Assembly: GCA_051362555.1 (NCBI GenBank)
Contig: CM120640.1
Span: 54,228,788-54,292,787 of the forward strand
Length of the DNA: 64,000 bases
Source: Lingula anatina
Taxonomy: Eukaryota; Animalia; Brachiopoda
Reading direction: 5' to 3'
Part shown: piece after piece, positions 1 through 9,747 of the stretch
Position numbering within the stretch: the stretch's first letter is position 1
How the letters are laid out: each line of letters starts with the position of its first letter
Notes under the pieces: model-generated
What the model was told of the DNA's origin: nothing
Seen by the model: the letters and a program-made list of their open reading frames with translations, nothing else
Databases searched by the model: none
Made by a program: the position numbers and the translations under genes

Positions 1-193
1 AACAAAATGGAGTCTGTTATAAATATTTATTCAAAAGGTTCAGCCAATGGCCTACATTTAATTCAGAACAAACTAAAGTCACAGCAAAAACAAATTTGGT
101 GTTAAGTAATTTCACTATGGCTGTAGCACACAGCTACTGAATATTAACAAGGTACTGAACTGCATTTGTCGCTCCGAGAAGCTTAAAACTTAC

Positions 194-3100
194 TGTTTTG
201 CTTTGCAGTACTATACATTTCTTCAAGTTCCATGGGCCCTTTCATAGTTTTAGGTTGGTCTGCTTTCTGATAGTATTTGGCAAGTTTCTTCTGTAACTCA
301 GTACTGTATCTTTTACCAAATGAAGATGTCCTGCCATGAAATATAAGATTAACACTTTCAGGCTTGTAACTGAGTAGGTATTAAGGCAATTGGATGCCAT
401 TAAAGGAGATGAACAAAAACCCTTTACATCAATTCACTTGAATAGTAACTTAATTAAATACACAATGAAGTTGAAGTTATTATGGTACTACCTAAACCCC
501 TGCACAAAGTCATTCACTTTGGAGTGGTTTCCTGCCAGGTGCCACTGCTCTAGAGTGCCACAGTGGAAAACATAGTGATCAGATTGATGTGACATGGCTT
601 CCTCTTGTGCAAGTGTAGACACTTAAAAAAAGTACTGCAATTTATTTAATTGAATTTGGTATATATTATTTTATGAAATAAATCTAATTACAAAAAGAAA
701 GATTAAGACAAGGTTAATAGATGAAACGAGTGGTACATACATTAGTTCTGATGATTTTAATCTCTTTCTTTAGTCTCTCTTTTAATAATATCAAAAGAAA
801 ACATTTGCAAGTAACTAATAATTTTTTTCAAGGGCAAATGGGCTTACATATTCAAACTTTTCTATATAATTATATGGAGTAAAAAATCAAATGCAGGCTA
901 ACCTGACTGAGGTACAGCAGGCCTTAAAATGGACTGAATGTGCTTCACACTTTTTGTGACAAAGTGCTGCAGACCCGCAGATTGTGCTGTGTTATCTGGG
1001 CGTGGCAAGGAGAGCAGTTTCTCCAACTGTAACACCATGGCTGGTCTGATGGTAGTCAGGGTTGCACTTAGTGGGGTTAGAGGTTGCAGCATGATTTTAG
1101 AAGGAAACACCCCTCTGCTGCCGTCTTCAAGAACCTGACAAAAATAAATAAATAATCAATAGGTTCTACAAGTAGTTCTACAAGTTGTTTAGATCTAATG
1201 TGAAAATCCATAAAAAATAACAAAATCTAGAAATACTAAAGCAAATGAACAATAATTTGTGAACAAACATAAATATTCTGATCTTAAACAATAAGCTTAC
1301 CAAGTTTAATTTTTGTTTAAAAAGCTCCATTAAGAGAGCCTGAAATGTTTCAGATGCCTCATCCAAGACAATGCCTCTTCTAGTGTCAAAGGTGTTCCCT
1401 GTACAACAATACACCCGATCACAGTCAAACCAATCCAAAGGAAGGCTGCCAGTTTCTATTGTGCCACATATTTGGTATGTGTTACACTTAAACCCAGCAG
1501 GGACAACTTCTGATACAACTCTATCCTGGTCCTGCACCATGTCAGCTGAAACTGCTGTGTCAGCTGTGTTAACTGTGATCATACTGCAAACCTCAGGAGT
1601 CTCAGAGTCAACTGACTGGATTTTAAGTTCTACTTCACTTGGCATCCTGACTACAAATTTCTTGGCTGCATTATTATCAGCATTGTCAGTCAATCTAAAA
1701 GTAATGATTGATTAAATAAAGTTTTCATTTTTAAATCCAAAGAGAAAATTCAAATTGTTTGATATATAAACAAACAGATAAATTAACATATATCTCAGAG
1801 GTAGGAGGGTGACTGGGTATCAAACAGGTCAAATCAACATGGCATACATACATTCATAAAAAAAATCCAAACTGTATACCTTAATATGGAGGTAAACTTG
1901 TACATATACATCTTTATCATTTTACTGTATAAAATCATGTTCTCAAAAACTGACTAATACCTGTGATTCACTGGACTAAACATAGGCTGTAAACAAAGTG
2001 CACACACAACATCTGCATTGCCATCTAAAAAAAAAATATGTAGGCTCTTTCAACTTTGCCACAGTATGGCATTGACAAACAAATAACAAATGAATCTATT
2101 CTAATATCCTTTCTCATAAACTGCAGTAGAATTTGATCTTAGCAGTCCAGCATAAATATTACTTTTATAAAAACTTAGCTTAATGACAGTTTTTTTTTTT
2201 TTTTAATTTCAGAAGTCCCTTATCAAAACTTAGTCAACTAAGACAACTTAGAATTGATTTACTCAAATCTCATGTCCATACCTACCTGACTGATTGCACA
2301 ACAATGTATAGGCCTTGCTTTTCTGCTGTTGGCTCTTATCAGTGTCACCTTTGCGTTTTGTTAAATAATGATCTAATACAGAGGAAAAAGGCAAAGAAAA
2401 GCAGGATCTCTTGTCCTCTGATCTGCAACTACTGGTGGCACCATCATCAGAATATTCTAAGAACTCTGAGCTGTGCTGTCTTTGGATTGAAAAAGGGAGA
2501 AGTACATGTCCAACACTGGTGTTTAACTGGAGAACTGTTTCTATCGGCAGAACACCACCTCCAAGTTCACAAAATATTCTGTCCACTGTTTCAATTCCAT
2601 GGAAATCTTTAGTCTAGGAAAATTTCCAATAAAAGACAGATATTAGATTAATTAGAAGTTTTTCCATCTTTTCAAGTAGAATATGTCTTGTTAAAAGGGC
2701 ATCTAAACATCAGCTACTGCATGTGAAGAATGTTATTTGTTAGGTCTAAGATCAAATAAAGTGACTTCTTTACTACAGTATATATGATCATTTATAAAAA
2801 CATGTTTTTTCAAATTTGGATGACATTCATTTTCACAGAGCATGTTAATAATTAAAATTAGGCAAATTGTGTCTGACTGTTTAGTGTCTGCAAACTTCAG
2901 AATGCTTTTATAACATTGGGGCATGTGTATTTACCTTGACTGGATTATCTACAATGTTAATCCAATGTACATCAATCTTTCTTGATAATTGCAGGTCTCT
3001 CTCTAGGTTTCTTGTAATGAAAGCATTGCGGTGTGGCTGAAAATCATCTCTGTAGCACTCTGTGAATCGACACAAATCACTGCTGCTCTGTGGACAGGCA

Positions 3101-3693
3101 GCAAACAAAAAAATGTGGTTCCCTGTCAAGCCACGTATGTTGTCAGCTACTGTGACTGCATGTTGAGAACGCTTGCCGCGTACAGGTGATCCCAATACAG
3201 ACAAAGGTCGATCCCAGTGAAACTCGTTAGCTGCTTGTTGCAAGGCTTCTCTGATTTTCATGGAAGGGTGTTTTTCGTCATCTGCATCCCCGATCAGATT
3301 AATATCGTTATAGATAGAGTCTTCATCAATCAATGTTTGCATTTGTTTAAGTTTGTTTTTGTGAGGCGATTTAACTCGGTTCTCCAGTTTTAATCTTTCG
3401 GAGTGTAATAGTCTTTCCACCTCTGCTTCAAACTCTTCGTATGTTTTCCCACTGAAGTCTTTAAACCCATACTTACGTATTTGTTCTGACTTACCACAAA
3501 AGTTGTAATATTTCACTCCCCATTTTAACACCGAGCGGGTGTTTTTGTTCGTGAAGTATGTGAGGAGTTTTAAAACCGCTAGCTGAATGGATTTTATAGT
3601 ATTGTCAGTTCTACATTCACCGGCACCTTTCTCGTGCCTACCCTTGACATCTATCACAAAAACAACTTGAAATTCATCACCCGTAGCAGACAT
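194..3693 (-). CDS. TICRR: Treslin (TopBP1-interacting checkpoint and replication regulator), N-terminal exons; gene continues beyond window start
   Basis: Exon 1 (2935..3693) encodes VVFVID...LAVLKLLTYF...KWGVKYYN...FKDF...YEEFEAEVE...FHWDRP...SP...IFLFAACPQS...IDVHWIN. This closely parallels the recalled vertebrate Treslin N-terminus (LLLD...LRLLTYL...WAFKFFD...WEDFEEELE...YQWDRPEITSP...VFLLAPCPHS...FYWVD). Phase-consistent GT-AG exons follow at approx. 2286..2613 (…ELGGGVLP), 1961..2024, 1301..1694, 903..1134 (LQPLTPLSATL), 498..621 and 194..330. Confidence 0.85.
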
Positions 3694-3738
3694 TTCGTAT
3701 TTTATTGTTGTCGGAGCCTTTCGAATGAAACACTGTCA

Positions 3739-3793
3739 GCCATATTTGAAAACCATTCCCATAATGCAACATTTGGCGGGAGTAGAGACCAAT
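3739..3793 (-). promoter_or_regulatory. Cell-cycle-type proximal promoter of TICRR (E2F, CHR, ZNF143/SBS, CCAAT, YY1-like motifs)
   Basis: Motifs lie 46-100 bp upstream of the ATG: GCCATATT (3739, YY1-like), TTTGAA (3745, CHR), TTCCCATAATGCA (3756, ZNF143/Staf-like), TTTGGCGGGA (3772, E2F; reverse TCCCGCCAAA) and CCAAT (3789). These are motif matches only. Confidence 0.55.
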
Positions 3794-3991
3794 GTCATTT
3801 GACCCAGTATCTGTTCATTAGTATTCCCAAAGTGATAATAAAAATGTCATTGCTATCCTAAAAACTAAAGGAATAGAAGCTTTGCTGAGTGTGAGTTACT
3901 GTGTAGATATATGTTTCCAAACTCATTGTGAGTATTTTGTGACTTTGATAATGATAACATTAACATATTTTAATGTTTAAAATATGGTGGT

Positions 3992-4194
3992 CATGCACCC
4001 GGGCCTGGGGGGGCGTCTCGATAGTCCGAAGGTTCATTGGTCCTAAGGTTCATTGGTCCGAAAAGTGGTAACATTTTCATCGATTTTTTAATCAAGGGTT
4101 CATTGGTCCGAAGGTTCTATGGTGAACATTCGGACCAATGAACCTTCGGACTATTGAACCTTCGGACTATCGCTACGGCCCCGGGCCGGGCATG
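3992..4194. mobile_element. MITE with terminal inverted repeats built from 16-bp subrepeats
   Basis: CGATAGTCCGAAGGTTCA at ~4019 is the reverse complement of TGAACCTTCGGACTATCG ending ~4172. Tandem (ccgaaggttcattggt) units occur on both arms, and the outer ends are GC-rich. Confidence 0.75.
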
Positions 4195-4602
4195 GTAGAC
4201 GGCTGCATGTAGACTGATCTAGACTTGGCATACACAATATTCTACACATGATTTATTTGTGTAAAGGACAAATAAGTGATAGGAAAAATAATTTTAATGA
4301 GAATAGTGGTCTTAGAAGGACCATGTACTGCCGTTGATCGAACAAAAACATATAATATGTCTAGGTAAGAATGTTTCAAAGACGTTTATCACACGAGAAT
4401 AGATAAATGTGTAGTCAGGTTCGCCAGTATCAAACAATAAACTAACTGCCTTGTTTTGAAGCACTGCATGGTTCAGTAGAAAAGTCTCAACATTTCGGCA
4501 ATATATAGGCCTATATATAAAAATAATTAATGCAAATATTTAGGCCTATAGGCCTATATAAATGCGAAAATCAAAACTAGCCATGCAACAATTAACTAGC
4601 TA

Positions 4603-4860
4603 AGACCATTCCCAAACCCTATCGTACTCTGGATTGAACTATCTCCAAGGGGATTCTCTCTTAATTTCAATTAACTTAAACGGCTTAGATGTCTGTCACG
4701 CCTACTGAAGCTGTTAAGGGGTGATTAACTATCGTTAAGCAGCTTTAAGTTATCGTGCCAGACATCTATATAAGCCACTTAAGCTGAAAGCAATTTAGCG
4801 AGAAACCCCGTGGAGATGGACCGATCCCGTTAGATCGATCTAGGGATGGGAACCCAGTCT
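4603..4860. repeat. Degenerate ~255-bp palindrome (decayed MITE or hairpin)
   Basis: Arms align as reverse complements with many mismatches: TTCCCAAACCCTA/TAGGGATGGGAA, ATCTCCAAGGG/CCCGTGGAGAT, AGATGTCTGTCACG/CGTGCCAGACATCT, AAGCTGTTAA/TTAAGCAGCTT. Confidence 0.65.
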
Positions 4861-6500
4861 AAGGGGTTTATCCATCTTTCCTTAACCTAACGGTCGTAAA
4901 TTTGCCGCACCCCCCCCCCAAAAAAAAAAGTCCCTTCTCACATTCACTAAGGCAAAAAAAAAAAAAAAAAAAAAAAAGATGCGCCGCAGTTTAGCCCTAC
5001 AAGAATTACTTAATGCAATTTTCAAAAAAATAATAATAATAATTATTATTATTATTATAAAATCTTGAGATGCGATGGATACGTTTATCAAAAATTATTT
5101 TACTGATTTTGCCGTTTGAAAATTTGTCCAATTAAAAAAAAATTATTGGTGAAATAGTTTATCAAACTAATATGAGGAATTGTTTATCTGTTTAATGTGT
5201 GCCAGTAGTAAGTAAGAGATATTTAACACCTATAGGGAGGAAGAACGTAAAAAAATTGAATGACCATTTTATGCTAGATTTATAGCCTATTATCCATGAT
5301 TTTTATGAGAAACATTTTAAATTATGACACACTGTGGCCCACCATGGCCCCGGATAAATTCTGTGCACTTTTCTGCAGATCGAAAGATTTGTGTTGTGAA
5401 TTCACCAGAGACCTAATTTATCTGAGAATATCTAGTGAAAAATTAATCTGTGACCCTGGTAGAGGATAAGCAACAACAGCCAGAGCTCAAGTATGGTTTC
5501 AATCAAAATCAAAATCTCAAAGTTCAGTGTACTAAAATGTTAGCAAGGCTACTAAACGCTGCAATCAGATTACCCGGTTTACGAAATTTTTCAGGCAGTA
5601 TTAGTGCCATTACTACGTATACTGCCCAATAGACTGAACTTTATTGAATTCGTATTCAAATTTTGAATATGTACAACACATCAATGGATCCACAATTACT
5701 GTCAAAATGGGTCTTTGCAATGATTCAATGAATAAATATAAAACAATTTAAAATGCAAAACACATCCTCAGTAATATGTTAATAGCATTATTATTTCACT
5801 ATACACCAGAAAGAAGGTCCGATTTCAAAGACAAATGTTAAAACAACAATAAACGTTAGGAAAAGTTATATATGATAAAATGAAAATTACATCAAATAAA
5901 TGTAAAGCTAGATCAAAGTATTGTTTTAAAAAATACTAATTGTCATTCCGTTTAAGTATGTACTAAATGATAAACGATTTTTATAAATAAATTTAAAGAC
6001 AACTATAGAAAACTTGGTTATTAAACTTGACTATGTACAATCTGGTGGTGTTTCTTTTCATGCTTTACTATTTTCCTATCTTTTTTGAATATACTGCACT
6101 AGTAAATATATATTTCTTTCTTGTCCTCTCAAGAAGTGTGTATAAAGCTCTATGCGAATGGTGCTTCCATCTACATAAGTGTTATATTAAATCGTAAGTA
6201 ATTTTAAGTCTTAAGCCTCAGTTATAGAAAAGTGGACTTTACTTATATTTGGACCTTTAACCAAATAGTTTATATGTTAAACGTTAAACTGAAAAAATAA
6301 AGAGAAAATCCGGTCTGATTTAGAGCGTGCTTCTATGCTATATCAGTAAGGATGCACTCAAATTCTAGTTAGGTTACACGCAACAGATTGTACCTAATTT
6401 TTGTGCTGTTAATCTTAGTTGAACCAATGGTTTATATTTTATGCCGTTTCATTTCCTTGGTTAAAGATGTGCCTAAAGAGGTGAAGATATTTGTTCAACT

Positions 6501-9053
6501 TTAACAAAAATAGCAGTTCTCTTTAACAGGTTGATAGCAATCCGTAGGCGCAGGTGGCCTCTCTGTGATGCTGTGGTCCAGTGTGTCCACATACTGAGGT
6601 ACATCAAAAACTGCCGTGGTGTCAAAATAGTTCCATGGTTTTAGCCAAAACCCGGTTTCTACGCGAGCTGTCATCGGGACGTCCTCTGATGTAGGTACGT
6701 GTATAAACCCAACGCTCACCCAAGTGATAAGATCTTCATTCACGATGTTTTCTCCATCCAACATTCGTTCCAACGATCCTGTAGGATTCGCTAATCGATT
6801 CTGGGCGTATGTTCCGGTGATAAAACGTTCGTTCTCTTTACGTTTTGTGACTGCACATTGATATTTAGTAAAAGACAAGGCGCCCATGGCTGGGTGTGAG
6901 TCGGGAACAACCTGACCATAGGCAGACATCGGTACTATACGATAACCTCGAGGAACACCCCATTTGTTTTTGTGCTCCTCGTTAATAACAGTCCAAATCT
7001 TGGGATTTGCATAACTAAGTTTAAGTCCTGCTTCTGTCGCCAACGTTTCCCATTCAACAAAACGTGTCTCATTATACAAGAAGTACGGGGGTTTTGCTGT
7101 AATATTGTTGTTTTGAGTTTTTAAAGCATCGATGACATTTCCAGCTTTCCAATGAATCGCTTCAAATTTATTCTTTTTTCCCAAGATGTCGAGATCGACC
7201 TTAAAACCAAAAGTGTGGTCATGCAGTGCACCATGCGTGTATTCTGACACTCTATAACCAAACGGATCTGTTGTTTTATCGTTACCAGCATGTGGATTTC
7301 CTTGGTCCCAAAAGCTTGAATGGATGAACCCAGACGCCATACCCGTACTCTGCATTCGCCCATCTAAATAAAAGCGAAAATCTATAGTGTAGTCATAGTT
7401 GCCGACAGACATGGGAATCCTGGCGACAAGATATGTATTTCTTAGTCCTGCAGCAAATATGTCCTTTCTTCTCCACATCGCTTCTTGGCCATCCATTTCA
7501 AATATACAAATTGCTTTCGCAGATACTGGTCTTTGAAGTCCCACGTACCACCACGGTACATCGAGGAGGGTGGCGTGTTCAGGACAATCCACCCCTTTGA
7601 TGGCATCGTGCCACTGTCCGAGCCCAAATGTCGCGTCCAGGTACACGATGTTTGCACCAGAGCTGGCATCGGATGCGTAGATCAAGCCAACTTCATTTAA
7701 TGAATTTTCGTACACGATACGTTCACCCTTGAACTGGACATTCATCACTCCTGGGCCACGTAACTGATTTCCAAACACTGTAAACTCCCAGTCCATCCAC
7801 TTCACTGTGTGGTCGTGCACTGTGTAGCGTCGGCCAGCTGGTTCGTACGTCCGTGGCGGTGCTTTGTTGGACATATCACGAGGTTTGTTGCCATCTTGTT
7901 TAGGGAAAGTGGTTTTAAACAAAGTCTGGCGGTGGCCTCTGGGTAGTGCAAATTTCCTTATGGTGCCGTTTTGATAAGCTTCAAGCAATTCTTCAGCCGT
8001 GCTGAAAGGCCCTTGATTCAAATAATAAAAATTGTAAGAATACCACTGGGATTTGTCTGTTCCAGGATTGTGCACGGTTCCAGTGAGTGGTAAAGGATGC
8101 AAATCATGCCCATTAATTGTGCCGTCGACCAAAAGAGTCATGAGAAACCGCGTCTCGCGCTCCTCCGGCAGCAGTCCTGGAGGAGCTTGAAAAATTAATG
8201 ACATACCACCATCAGGGTAATAAGCCCCGTCGAAACTCTCCATTAGCAACGGCCTGAGAATAGACATGGCTAAAATAACCTGCTCATTGAGTCCATACAT
8301 TTCAAAAGGATCCATTGGACGAGAGTTGTAGGGTAATTCACCATCATTGTAGAGAGCAGTGGCATTCATGGCACCGCCGAGAGGGCCTACTCTGTATTCC
8401 ATGAGATCTGGGGCGTTTTTATTTCCACGATGAACGTGGACGTCTGCGTAACGCCCAGGAGACGCCAAACCTTCATCCAAGTGTGCAATGGCTTCATCTT
8501 TGTTGGGGAGGTACAGAGACATGCTATAGATATAAGAATTTTGCAAACTTGAAGGACTCTGGTCAACTAACCCTTGCTGAACCATATACTTATGAACTTC
8601 TTCCATCTCGTCTACGCTCACCATTTCAAATATCCCTCTGGAAGACGATGACTCAGACTGCGTAATTGGCGGACTTTGTGGGCACTTGAGTTCTTCTTTA
8701 CACACGTCGTTACAAGCACTGGTTGGACTGGTGGACCGGGTGGTTGGTGGTCGCGTGTTGCCGGATGTTGTTGTTTGTCCATTCATGGTTGCCGAATTGG
8801 AAGCAGAGTTCCCCGTCGCTGTTGTGTCCTCTCCTGGTGCCTTGTAGGCAAAATATCCTAGCAAAAACCCTAGCCCAAGACCGAGTGCGAACACGATAAT
8901 CCCGGTCAGAGCTGCGCAGAACAGTGAGCGGGTAGACATCTTGGATGAACGCGTAGAACCCGGAGAAGCAAGACAGCGTGGCGTTTTTTTCTGGTCTGGT
9001 AAATTTTCATCAGATGCACCGGAGAACGCGGGATTTTCAAAGCTATGGTTCAT
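6501..9053 (-). CDS. Membrane-anchored copper-containing (TPQ) amine oxidase, AOC/VAP-1-like, single coding exon, 850 aa
   Basis: The ORF has an N-terminal cytoplasmic tail, one TM segment (LFCAALTGIIVFALGLGLGFLLGYFAY) and a Ser/Thr-rich stalk. It also has the catalytic base motif YLDATFGLG, the GVDCP motif, the TPQ motif SVGNYDY, and Cu ligands LHDH and FIHVPTSED. A 5' UTR splice acceptor (TTTCCAG|) lies at 9085. Confidence 0.93.
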   Translation of the reverse strand: MNHSFENPAFSGASDENLPDQKKTPRCLASPGSTRSSKMSTRSLFCAALTGIIVFALGLGLGFLLGYFAYKAPGEDTTATGNSASNSATMNGQTTTSGNTRPPTTRSTSPTSACNDVCKEELKCPQSPPITQSESSSSRGIFEMVSVDEMEEVHKYMVQQGLVDQSPSSLQNSYIYSMSLYLPNKDEAIAHLDEGLASPGRYADVHVHRGNKNAPDLMEYRVGPLGGAMNATALYNDGELPYNSRPMDPFEMYGLNEQVILAMSILRPLLMESFDGAYYPDGGMSLIFQAPPGLLPEERETRFLMTLLVDGTINGHDLHPLPLTGTVHNPGTDKSQWYSYNFYYLNQGPFSTAEELLEAYQNGTIRKFALPRGHRQTLFKTTFPKQDGNKPRDMSNKAPPRTYEPAGRRYTVHDHTVKWMDWEFTVFGNQLRGPGVMNVQFKGERIVYENSLNEVGLIYASDASSGANIVYLDATFGLGQWHDAIKGVDCPEHATLLDVPWWYVGLQRPVSAKAICIFEMDGQEAMWRRKDIFAAGLRNTYLVARIPMSVGNYDYTIDFRFYLDGRMQSTGMASGFIHSSFWDQGNPHAGNDKTTDPFGYRVSEYTHGALHDHTFGFKVDLDILGKKNKFEAIHWKAGNVIDALKTQNNNITAKPPYFLYNETRFVEWETLATEAGLKLSYANPKIWTVINEEHKNKWGVPRGYRIVPMSAYGQVVPDSHPAMGALSFTKYQCAVTKRKENERFITGTYAQNRLANPTGSLERMLDGENIVNEDLITWVSVGFIHVPTSEDVPMTARVETGFWLKPWNYFDTTAVFDVPQYVDTLDHSITERPPAPTDCYQPVKENCYFC

Positions 9054-9747
9054 TGGCAGGTTATCCGTCTATTTTTTGCTTGCTCTGGAAATAATATATT
9101 CAATGATATTAACACTTGCATCAATCTAAAACGGACATTTTTGGGATATTTGAAGATAATCTAGTCACATATACTCAAAATCAAACTCAGCAGAAAGCAT
9201 ATTTTCTTTAACTGAGGATTCTGATTTTTTCCCAAATAGCCTCATTTGAATCCCTATCAATGTGGTTTTTTTAACAATGAAATGCTGGATATTTTATTAG
9301 TGTCTGAGATTCGATACGTTATAAAGGCATGTATTCTTCAAAATAACTTTTCCCCATTTCTTTTATGTGAAATATCCCAAACCTTATATAGAGGTGCATT
9401 TCACATGCTAAAGTGTCCAACAAGTGCTCTAGTACTCTGTTACAAAAGTGCCCAAAAAAAAATTGAATGGAGCCAATGTTGTATTCAATTTTTAAAAAAT
9501 ATGTGTATAGAAAAAATCCTGTCTCAATTTTAATTAAATTTTTAATTTTTACCATGTCTTTACATTATGTAAGGAGCCCTAATGGTAACGTATGTTCCGG
9601 TAACGTATGTTCTGGGCCATTTAATTTTAATTTTTCTATCGCGATATTTTTTGTAATGATTCAGGCATGGTAAATTATACATGACGTAAGCATGTTTTCA
9701 TAAATATTTAAACTGTAACTCAAGGTGTTTTGCGTCATGGTTAATAC

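Noticed and set aside
7121-8861. Short overlapping ORFs within the amine oxidase
   Set aside because: These are alternative-frame or antisense shadows of a GC-richer coding region.
6501-9053. Bacterial horizontal transfer or contamination
   Set aside because: The type II membrane topology, animal AOC-type motifs and an upstream spliceosomal acceptor indicate a native metazoan gene.
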